Shown here piece by piece: positions 23,339 through 30,943 of a stretch of 64,000 bases of DNA (position 1 is its first letter; each line of letters opens with the position of its first letter). The stretch spans positions 26,261-90,260 of the forward strand of contig JAHBSF010000006.1 in the NCBI GenBank assembly GCA_019639255.1, in the 5' to 3' direction. The stretch comes from Acidobacteriota bacterium. GTDB taxonomy: Bacteria > Acidobacteriota > Blastocatellia > RBC074. The notes under the pieces were generated by a model. The model was given only the letters and a program-made list of their open reading frames with translations. It was not told the origin of the DNA and did not search any database. A program made the translations under genes and the position numbers.

Positions 23339-24580
23339 TTACATATTCGCAATGATTGCGTCGCCGAATTCGCTCGTCTTGAGTTTGGCAGCGCCTTCCA
23401 TCAGTCGCTCCAGATCGTAGGTGACGCGTTTTTCGGCTATGGTTTTAACGATGCCGTTGATGATCAAATCACCCGCTTCGGTCCAGCCCAGATGCTCGAG
23501 CATCATAACGCCCGACAGTATCAACGACGACGGATTGATGACATCCAGGTCCGCATACTTCGGCGCCGTGCCGTGCGTGGCTTCAAACACCGCCGCGTTG
23601 TCTCCGATGTTTGCGCCCGGAGCCATACCGAGGCCGCCTACCTGCGCCGCGCACGCATCCGAAAGGTAATCGCCGTTCAGGTTAGGCGTGGCGATTACCG
23701 AATATTCGTCGGGTCTGAGCAGTACCTGCTGGAACATCGCGTCGGCGATACGGTCGTTTACCAGAATCTTACCGTCGGGCAGTTTCCCGCCGTGCTGATC
23801 CCAAAGCTCGGCTTCGGTGACGATCTGATCCCGGAACTCGGTTCTGGCCAATTCGTAGCCCCAGTCGCGGAACGCTCCCTCGGTGTACTTCATTATGTTG
23901 CCCTTGTGTACGAGGGTGACCGTGCGGCGGTTGTGTGCTATGGCGTAGCGTATGGCGCGACGAACCAGGTTTTTGGTCGCCGTAGCTGATATGGGCTTGA
24001 TGCCGATGCCGGAATCGGGATTTATTTCGTAGCCGAAATCGCTTAGAAAATTGATGAGCTTGCTCGCCCGGTCGGAGCCTTCCTGAAATTCGATGCCGGC
24101 GTAAACGTCTTCCGTATTCTCGCGGAATATGACTACATCGAGTTTTTCGGGATGTTTGACGGGCGCAGGCACGCCTGAAAAATATCTGACCGGCCGGACG
24201 CAGGCGTAAAGATCGAGCATCTGCCGCAACGCGACGTTGAGCGAGCGGATGCCGCCGCCCACGGGAGTCGTAAGCGGCCCCTTGATCGCCACTACGAAAT
24301 ATTGAATCGCGTCAAGCGTTCCCTTCGGCAGCCATTCGTTGAAGCGTTTGTGAGACTTTTCGCCCGCGAAGATTTCGTACCATACAAGTCGGCGTTTGCC
24401 GCCGTAGGCCTTCTCGACCGCTGCGTCGAAGACGCGCTGCGATGCCTTCCAGATGTCGCGGCCCGTGCCGTCCCCTTCGATAAAGGGGATAACCGGATTG
24501 TCGGGCACCTGCAACTGTCCGTTGTGTACCGAAATGGCCTGACCATCGGTCGGCGTTGGAACTCCATTAAAAACCGGCAT
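23339..24580 (-). CDS. icd: NADP-dependent isocitrate dehydrogenase
   Basis: From Met48 of track ORF 23339..24721: [16 protein letters not shown]...[24 protein letters not shown] and GSAPKYA-like motifs. A strong SD AAGGAGG precedes this ATG. Confidence 0.9.
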   Translation of the reverse strand: MPVFNGVPTPTDGQAISVHNGQLQVPDNPVIPFIEGDGTGRDIWKASQRVFDAAVEKAYGGKRRLVWYEIFAGEKSHKRFNEWLPKGTLDAIQYFVVAIKGPLTTPVGGGIRSLNVALRQMLDLYACVRPVRYFSGVPAPVKHPEKLDVVIFRENTEDVYAGIEFQEGSDRASKLINFLSDFGYEINPDSGIGIKPISATATKNLVRRAIRYAIAHNRRTVTLVHKGNIMKYTEGAFRDWGYELARTEFRDQIVTEAELWDQHGGKLPDGKILVNDRIADAMFQQVLLRPDEYSVIATPNLNGDYLSDACAAQVGGLGMAPGANIGDNAAVFEATHGTAPKYADLDVINPSSLILSGVMMLEHLGWTEAGDLIINGIVKTIAEKRVTYDLERLMEGAAKLKTSEFGDAIIANM

Positions 24581-24590
24581 GAAGACGAAC

Positions 24591-24597
24591 CTCCTTA
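24591..24597 (-). promoter_or_regulatory. Shine-Dalgarno sequence of icd
   Basis: Minus strand reads TTTTAAGGAGGTTCGTCTTCATG; AAGGAGG lies about 9 nt before the ATG. Confidence 0.55.
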
Positions 24598-24820
24598 AAA
24601 TCTGTCGATACCGCAACCCACATTCGACCCCTCGGTAACGTGCTACAGCCGTGCGGCGTTGCGGCTGAACCGGCAGTGGAGGTGGTGTTGATGTAGACGG
24701 AAGCCCCGGCAGTCTAATCAACCCTGCCGCGCATTGTCAAGCAAACCACCGGGCGCGCCTCTAACGCAATAAAGGGCCGAAAATGATATAGTTTTGGCAT
24801 CGAAAGGGAGACTGGAAAAC

Positions 24821-26281
24821 ATGACCGAACCGCCGCTTCAGGGCGCTGAAATCATCGCCGCTCGCGCTGTGAAGGAATTTTTTCGCAATCTTTCAGAAGG
24901 CCGGTTTGCCCGCAATCAGGCGGCAGAACTTCTGGAACTGACTGCGGACCCGGAATCCGCGCAAATCGGGCTTCGCGCCCTTTTTGCGGATCTGATCGAA
25001 CGGCTCAACGATTCGTTCGATCCCGGATTGTGCGCCGTGCACGATAAGCTCCTCGCACAGATGATCGAGTTCTATCGCCGCCGTCCCGAATGCGCATTGC
25101 TCGATGCAACGCTCGATTCGTTTGGACTGCGCGATGAACACGATTTGCTCGCACGCAGAAATTCTCTGGGTTCGAAATGTAATCCCCTCGAATTTGAGCG
25201 AATACAACGAGTGCTCGCGTTGTCCCGCGTCACTATCGGCGCCGATGTAGCGGTCACAAGCGTGATAATAAACCAGTTGAACCGGGCCGTCCCCGGCGCT
25301 GAAATCGTATGGATCGGGCCGCATAAACTCGCCGAACTTTATGGCGGAGATCCCGGAATCAGGTTGCGTCCACTCGATTATGCGCGCACGGGCCGGGTCG
25401 TTGACAGATTGAACGCCTGGCTCGGCCTTCTGGATGCTATAAGGGATGAAATGCGAGGCTTTGACCCTGCCCAAGTGCTGATTGTAGACCCCGATTCGAG
25501 GTTGACGCAGCTCGGGATGCTGCCCGTAACCTCTGAGGATAGAAACTATCACTTCTTTGAAAGCCGCAGTTATCGCGCGCAGGGAAGCGATGCGCTTGGA
25601 GAGCTTGCGGCGCAATGGAGCGAGGAAAGATTTCCGGCAACCGGACGGGAACATGCTCCATCCCCGTCTCCGTTTCTCTGCCTGCCCGATCATATGGCGC
25701 AGTCGGGAGCCGAAAACCTAAGGCGGTTTCGTTCGGGCAGGAGCCATCCCGTCACCTGCGTCAGTTTCGGCGTCGGAGGAAACGATCTCAAACGCGTTTC
25801 CGAAGAGTTTGAACTGGAGTTGCTCGCGCGGTTGGCAATGAACTCATTGCTGATACTCGACAGCGGCGCATCCCCGCAGGAGATCGCATCAACAGATCGT
25901 ATTGTCGGGCGGCTTCGAGAAACGGGCAGGATCGTTGCTGTTGGAACAGAGCACGCACAAATGCCCCTGGATATCGACCTCGCCGAAGTGTTGGTCTGGC
26001 GCGGCGGCATCGGATCTCTTGCCGCGATTGTGCGGGCCTCCGACATATATGTCGGTTACGATTCGGCGGGTCAGCACATAGCTGCGGCTTTCGGCGTTGC
26101 GTCACTAACAGTATTTGTCAATAACGCAACACCGAAGTTTGCCGCGCGATGGCGACCTACGGGGCACGGGGCAATCGAGGTGCTGGAACTTTCTCGCCGG
26201 GATGCCGACTCCGTGCGCGCCTCCGATCTGGCTGACGAAGTGTTGCGCATAAGAAAAAAGAGAGATAACGGAACAAACTAA
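24821..26281 (+). CDS. glycosyltransferase family 9 (heptosyltransferase-like) protein
   Basis: C-terminal YVGYDSAGQHIAAAFGVASLTVF matches the GT9 motif (GNDSGPMHLAAALG-P-V-LFG). About 487 aa. The last 6 codons (RDNGTN) and the stop are encoded by repeat A6. Confidence 0.6.
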   Translation: MTEPPLQGAEIIAARAVKEFFRNLSEGRFARNQAAELLELTADPESAQIGLRALFADLIERLNDSFDPGLCAVHDKLLAQMIEFYRRRPECALLDATLDSFGLRDEHDLLARRNSLGSKCNPLEFERIQRVLALSRVTIGADVAVTSVIINQLNRAVPGAEIVWIGPHKLAELYGGDPGIRLRPLDYARTGRVVDRLNAWLGLLDAIRDEMRGFDPAQVLIVDPDSRLTQLGMLPVTSEDRNYHFFESRSYRAQGSDALGELAAQWSEERFPATGREHAPSPSPFLCLPDHMAQSGAENLRRFRSGRSHPVTCVSFGVGGNDLKRVSEEFELELLARLAMNSLLILDSGASPQEIASTDRIVGRLRETGRIVAVGTEHAQMPLDIDLAEVLVWRGGIGSLAAIVRASDIYVGYDSAGQHIAAAFGVASLTVFVNNATPKFAARWRPTGHGAIEVLELSRRDADSVRASDLADEVLRIRKKRDNGTN

Positions 26282-26394
26282 ATAAGACGAAACAGACGGA
26301 AAGGTTGAATATTTCCGTCTGTTTCGTCTTATTTAGTTTGTTCCGTTATCTCTATTCTTTCAGCGAATTTCGAGGTTTCTACTGGAATTCGACC
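26260..26394. repeat. family-A element A6 (core plus tail) spanning the convergent stops of two genes
   Basis: GAGAGATAACGGAACAAACTAAATAAGACGAAACAGACGGAAAGGTTGAATATTTCCGTCTGTTTCGTCTTATTTAGTTTGTTCCGTTATCTCT followed by the tail ...TTCTACTGGAATTCGACC. The GT9 stop (plus strand) and the propeller-protein stop (minus strand) both lie inside it. Confidence 0.85.
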
Positions 26395-28613
26395 TTGACG
26401 ACCTTGCTTTCGACTCCGCCCGTGCTCACCTTTACATCAAGTTCGCCCATGCCCATAGCCGCCTGAGGCAGGGGGACGTTGATCTGATCCAGGCCGGCGA
26501 AAAAGCCCTGGGGGCCGTCAAACACCGGAATCACAACCTCCTCCCCTATGGTTACTGTGGTGGATTGCACGACGTTGCGCCAGCCAGTGCCGTAAATAAT
26601 GAGATAGTTCGGTCGTTCGATTGTGCCGACGGCGCAGGGAGGATTCGAGAAGACGAATTCCTGTCTGGGTTCCGGGTCCTCTTCGTCCGGATCTTCATCC
26701 TCGATATCGATGATTCTTCCGCACTGCGCGGCGGCGGAGCCCTGTCCGTCGCTTGTAAGCGTAAATATCCCCGGCCCGATGGATGCGATCCTGGCCTTTC
26801 CGGTCGAGCGTAACCCATTATTGTTGATGCTGAAAGGAACTTCTTCGCCGTCCCCCACACCCTGCGGCACGATGAAGTTTATCTGTCCGGGCGATACGAA
26901 AATCAGTTGTGCGGAAAGTCCTTTGACCGTTACGCGAACGCCGCCAAGTTCGCGGGGCAGGTTCGCGCTCGGCGTCGAAAGGGTTGTGTTGGCGAGTTCG
27001 GTTCCGAAAATCGAGGCAATCGAGCCTCTCGCAATCTGCGCGGTTTCAAAGCTTGCGGCGTTTGCAAGCGAGGCTTCCTGCTCGTTCGTCATCGTGATGG
27101 GAAGCACGAGCTGTTCGAAGATCTCCGGCACAAAACTCAGGTTCGGCGAAATCAATACGGCGAAATAGTTGAATATCAGGCGATCGCCGGAATCATTCGA
27201 AAACGAAAAAGACGCGTTGGTGCGCTGGTCGATCAGAAATTCGGCCTGTGCGGTGAAAGTCATCTGTCGGAATCGGGGTTGCTCGGGCGTGGATGCCGCA
27301 ACATCGTAGGTAAATATCTCCTTGCTGCCGTCGGCGTTGTCGGTCGAGATGCTGCTTGTGGTCGCCGGAACCAGGTTGAGCGTCGAGTTGAATGTAATAA
27401 TCGTTCCAGGACCGTTCAGGCTCGGAAGAAATGCAAAATCCGAGGTAAAGTCATTTGCAGTCGTCTGATTGGTGATCTGCCTGAAGGTTGGAGATTCGCC
27501 CGAAAGATCAGCCAGAAAGATCTCGCGCGTCTTGTCAGAGTTCGATCCGGCGAAATCGCCCGCCGATTCAAACACCATCCTGTTGCCGGAAAAATCCAGG
27601 GCGCGGGTAAAACTCGGCAGAATGTTCATCGCGCCGTTAAAGGGGACGGCCGCTGTACCCGTAGTTTCGGTAAGCTGGCGAAACGTGTTGGCGTCATCGA
27701 CCGTGCGGTACAGGAAGACCTCTCCGTTGAAATCCGCGTTTCTGTTCGCATTCGCTCCCGGATAATTGAACCCGGAAACGAAGGCCAGCACCTGCCCGTT
27801 GCCGCTGAACTGCGGCGCGGCGTTGAAACCCTTTACTGTAAACCCGTCGATCGCATCCTCGTCCCTGGATATGGTTACCTGGGTATAGGTCTTTGAGCTT
27901 ACGTTATAAATGAAAATCTCGCCGTTGCCGTCCGGTTCAAGCATGCGGTTTGCACCCTCAAGCGAGGCGCTGAACTGAGCGGTTCCGTTCTCAAGATCTC
28001 TGAAGGTGCGACGCGAGGATACGAAGGCGATAAGAGTGCCGTCGGCGTTTATCGTTGGCTGATAATTGTTGAAAAGTTCCTTTACATCTTCCTCTTCTTC
28101 GTCGGCGCCCGTATCGGTAATTCGCGTGAATGCGGCTTCGAGTTCACCGCGCGGCAGCACGGCGAGGTAGATTTCCTGGTTGCCGTCTTCATTTTCGGCT
28201 TCTGTGAGTTTTGCGTTCGAAGTGAATACGATTGAATTGCCGTCGCCGGAGATTACGGGAGCGGAATTGCTGACATTCAGGACAATCTTGATATTGTTTT
28301 CATCCTCATCGTCCAGGATGTTTTCCGTCTTGGTGACCTGAATTACGCGGCTCAGATCCGCATCGTAGATGAAGATCTCGTTATTGCCGTCTTCGTTTTC
28401 GCCCGTATAGTCGTTGAAGGATTCAAAAACTATTCGTCTGGCGTCGTAGCTGACTCCGCGTACAGTGACTCCCACGGAACTGAAGGCGGCGGTCAGTTGC
28501 GTGAATGCAAACTCATCGGTTTCCGATTGCATTGGGCTGCCGAGGCCAAACAGTACAAAAAGGTTCAGAAGGCAGGCTACGGCCAAAGGGAAGGAACGAT
28601 AAAGACTCTTCAC
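26379..28613 (-). CDS. secreted TolB-like beta-propeller repeat protein with C-terminal Solibacter-type (TIGR03437-like) Ig-fold domain
   Basis: Signal peptide, at least 6 repeats of the G-N-x-E-I-F-x-Y-D type (GNNEIFIYD, GNQEIYLAV, GNGEIFIYN, FNGEVFLYR, TREIFLADL, SKEIFTYD), and a C-terminus ...AGLDQINVPLP...VKVSTGGVESKVVKVEFQ resembling the Acidobacteria-restricted Soli_cterm domain. GTG start. Confidence 0.65.
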   Translation of the reverse strand: MKSLYRSFPLAVACLLNLFVLFGLGSPMQSETDEFAFTQLTAAFSSVGVTVRGVSYDARRIVFESFNDYTGENEDGNNEIFIYDADLSRVIQVTKTENILDDEDENNIKIVLNVSNSAPVISGDGNSIVFTSNAKLTEAENEDGNQEIYLAVLPRGELEAAFTRITDTGADEEEEDVKELFNNYQPTINADGTLIAFVSSRRTFRDLENGTAQFSASLEGANRMLEPDGNGEIFIYNVSSKTYTQVTISRDEDAIDGFTVKGFNAAPQFSGNGQVLAFVSGFNYPGANANRNADFNGEVFLYRTVDDANTFRQLTETTGTAAVPFNGAMNILPSFTRALDFSGNRMVFESAGDFAGSNSDKTREIFLADLSGESPTFRQITNQTTANDFTSDFAFLPSLNGPGTIITFNSTLNLVPATTSSISTDNADGSKEIFTYDVAASTPEQPRFRQMTFTAQAEFLIDQRTNASFSFSNDSGDRLIFNYFAVLISPNLSFVPEIFEQLVLPITMTNEQEASLANAASFETAQIARGSIASIFGTELANTTLSTPSANLPRELGGVRVTVKGLSAQLIFVSPGQINFIVPQGVGDGEEVPFSINNNGLRSTGKARIASIGPGIFTLTSDGQGSAAAQCGRIIDIEDEDPDEEDPEPRQEFVFSNPPCAVGTIERPNYLIIYGTGWRNVVQSTTVTIGEEVVIPVFDGPQGFFAGLDQINVPLPQAAMGMGELDVKVSTGGVESKVVKVEFQ

Positions 28614-28647
28614 TCTCGATGACTCCTCACACGGGCTGCGGACGGCT

Positions 28648-28731
28648 CCGTAATTTTCGTTCTATTTCGTATGTTCCGTTATCTCTCTTGCTTTCTTCCG
28701 CTTTATACCAATCACCAGTGGATTGATTTGG
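28648..28731. repeat. family-A element A7 (right arm plus tail)
   Basis: CCGTAATTTTCGTTCTATTTCGTATGTTCCGTTATCTCTCTTGCTTTCTTCCGCTTTATACCAATCACCAGTGGATTGATTTGG. Confidence 0.75.
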
Positions 28732-28876
28732 AAGTGCTGACTCAGCATTTCCGGCAACAAGTGGCGGATTATACTTTAGCCGCTACGCATTGTCGAATCC
28801 CGGAATGAAAGCAAAATCGGGGACACGCTTGAGCGCATCCCCGATCTGAACGGAAACATTAATTGAACTTGCAGCC

Positions 28877-29137
28877 TCAGGCAGCCTTCGGGCTCACGTA
28901 CTGGTCGTAACGGCGCGCAGGCTCCCAGTCGCGGCGATTTTCGGCGGGCTGCTCCGGAAATATCTCTTCCAGATTTACAATCTCAACCGCTTCCAGATAC
29001 ACCCGGTCGATGTTCTCAGGCGGAAAACCGTTCTTGAGGCACGCAGTAATGTGACGGCGCACAACAGCCTCGACCTTCTCGCGCTTCTCCGGCGTAAGTT
29101 TGTTGATCACTTTCATTGTCTCGTTTGCCAGTTTCAT
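28877..29137 (-). CDS. small hypothetical protein (86 aa)
   Basis: ORF with a plausible SD (AAGGGGA) upstream. No family recognised. Co-directional with the two following genes. Confidence 0.4.
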   Translation of the reverse strand: MKLANETMKVINKLTPEKREKVEAVVRRHITACLKNGFPPENIDRVYLEAVEIVNLEEIFPEQPAENRRDWEPARRYDQYVSPKAA

Positions 29138-29163
29138 CCCTGTAATCCCCTTTCGTCGTCTTT

Positions 29164-29191
29164 AACTCTTTTCTTCAAACTCTTTTCTTCA
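29164..29191. repeat. 14-bp tandem direct repeat (x2) upstream of the 86-aa gene
   Basis: AACTCTTTTCTTCA AACTCTTTTCTTCA, located 27-55 nt upstream of the start at 29137 on the minus strand. Confidence 0.6.
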
Positions 29192-29427
29192 AGTTCTGTT
29201 CGGAGTCTTCCCCTTTTCCACCGCGATCAACAGCCCGGCCCATATCCGTCTGTTATCCCAGCAAATGCCCCCGCAGCCGGGACTGCGCCCGTTCTGCGGC
29301 TTCCATTTGAACGCCGAATCTACCGCATTAGACGCATTTTTCGATGCGGAAATTTCGCCCGGCTCAATTATTTTCGATTAATCACGGGCTACCCCCGGGA
29401 TTCAGGATTTTCTCAGAAAGGGGGAAT

Positions 29428-30045
29428 CTACACGCAGCCGTGAAACCCGGCCTCGAACAGGCGTCGGTCGGCGCGCAGGCGGCGGTGTTCAAAATGGGCG
29501 GGGAGAACCTGGAAGTGTTTGACGGAATAGAAGTAATCGCCGATTTCGAAGAGGTCCTGCTCTGTCGTCATCCAAAAAATTGGATCGAAACGCACAAGAT
29601 TTACGGGCAGCGAGTAGGATCGAAGCGAGAGTTCGCCGGAGAGGTTAAAGTAGTGCGGGTAGTAGGACATGACGAGTTCGCGCACGGAGCGGAAAACGGG
29701 CTGGCGGAAGCGCAACCCGGAAAAATTGGATTTGGCGATTGCGCCCCAGAATCCGTTTTCCTTGTATGCGGCAAGCAGATGGTCGTCGTCTCGGACGGCT
29801 ACGAGGTCGACTATCAGGGGAGGGTGACCGAGCAATCTGAGTGCTGCTGCGGCGAAGTAGGCGCCTTCAGCGCAGTGCGCCGTCCGGTCGCGCAGCACGC
29901 GGCGGGGCGACCGGCAGGTTTCGCCGTCGGTTTCCTTGTTGTAACCGACTTCTTCGTCGAGGAACTGCTGAATGCGAACCGGAGTTCGCAATCGGCGGAA
30001 TTGAGCAAGTTCGGCTCTGGTGAATCCAAAGGATGCTTTGATCAT
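29428..30045 (-). CDS. hypothetical protein, possible papain-like/transglutaminase-like Cys-His-Asp fold
   Basis: R-T-A-H-C-A-E-G-A-Y-F-A-A-A-A-L-R-L-L-G resembles a catalytic-Cys motif of transglutaminase-like / NAT-like enzymes, followed by DDDH. Weak inference. Confidence 0.35.
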   Translation of the reverse strand: MIKASFGFTRAELAQFRRLRTPVRIQQFLDEEVGYNKETDGETCRSPRRVLRDRTAHCAEGAYFAAAALRLLGHPPLIVDLVAVRDDDHLLAAYKENGFWGAIAKSNFSGLRFRQPVFRSVRELVMSYYPHYFNLSGELSLRSYSLPVNLVRFDPIFWMTTEQDLFEIGDYFYSVKHFQVLPAHFEHRRLRADRRLFEAGFHGCV

Positions 30046-30650
30046 TTCGCCAGTAGTTTCCGGACAGCTTCGCTGTTTTCCGGGGCGATTTCACCTACTA
30101 TGCGTTCAATGACTTCGCGCTCCGAGGCCGAGATGCGGGCTTCGAGGCCGAACAGTCCGCGCGAGGCCGAAGCAAGCGCAATACTGTACTGAATCAGGTC
30201 GTCCTGCATTTGCCGGCGTTCGCCCTCCGGAACCGACTGAAGCACTGCATTTACAGCAAGAAGATTGGCTTCCATCACCTCATCGGACGGCTTCGAATCG
30301 AGCATCGCCGCAAGTTTCTGGTCGGCTTCGCTGCCCTCGTCGATGCCGCTGGCGCGCGCAAGGTCCATCAACAGACGGCGTTCCTTTGTCTCCACCCTTC
30401 CGCTGGCCCACGCCACCTGCACAAGCGGCATCAAGTGGAGCAGTTTTACGGTTTCGGGCGTATAGCCGAGATCCTGGAGCGCCTGAAGTATTTCGTCGTT
30501 CGAAACGCCGATTTCGGCGGCTATGCGGCCGCGCTGCTGTTCGAGCTCCACTCGGCGGCGCATCTTTTCAACCAGCTCGCGTTCCTTGCGCAGGAAATAC
30601 TCCTCTTCAAGCCCTCTCTCCCTGTCCTTGAATGCATCACGATCCGACAT
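30042..30650 (-). CDS. hypothetical protein with two TerB-like helical repeats
   Basis: VAWASGRVETKERRLLMDLARASGI and ISASEREVIERIVGEI resemble TerB (PF05099) repeat logic (ADG..d..E...l). A 4-bp overlap with the upstream gene suggests an operon. Confidence 0.35.
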   Translation of the reverse strand: MSDRDAFKDRERGLEEEYFLRKERELVEKMRRRVELEQQRGRIAAEIGVSNDEILQALQDLGYTPETVKLLHLMPLVQVAWASGRVETKERRLLMDLARASGIDEGSEADQKLAAMLDSKPSDEVMEANLLAVNAVLQSVPEGERRQMQDDLIQYSIALASASRGLFGLEARISASEREVIERIVGEIAPENSEAVRKLLAK

Positions 30651-30667
30651 TGTCCACCTCACCCGTT

Positions 30668-30695
30668 CAACGATTCAATTGTTGTTCAATCGTTG
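30668..30695. promoter_or_regulatory. imperfect 11-bp inverted repeat (operator candidate) in the divergent region
   Basis: CAACGATTCAA-ttgttg-TTCAATCGTTG (10/11 match), immediately upstream of the TerB-like gene start. Confidence 0.35.
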
Positions 30696-30846
30696 CATGA
30701 AATAATGATGACGACCCGTCGCCCCCAAAGGGCGCCGGAGTTCCAAATGATGGCCTCACTCTAAACCGCGGCACAGAATTAAATCAACTGTTTACTGCCC
30801 GAAACCTGGGCGCGCAGCGCCGCAACCGCCCTGGATTGCAGCCGGT

Positions 30847-30875
30847 TTGACAAACCCGGGGGCGAACATTACAGT
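30847..30875 (+). promoter_or_regulatory. sigma70-type promoter candidate for alaS
   Basis: TTGACA (30847-52), 17-nt spacer, TACAGT (30870-75). About 70 nt upstream of the alaS ATG at 30944. Confidence 0.45.
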
Positions 30876-30943
30876 TGCTCTTTTCATTGAGGCGGGGCTT
30901 CGCATCGCCGCAAGCAGCGGCCTGCCGTCGCCCGGAAAAGCAT

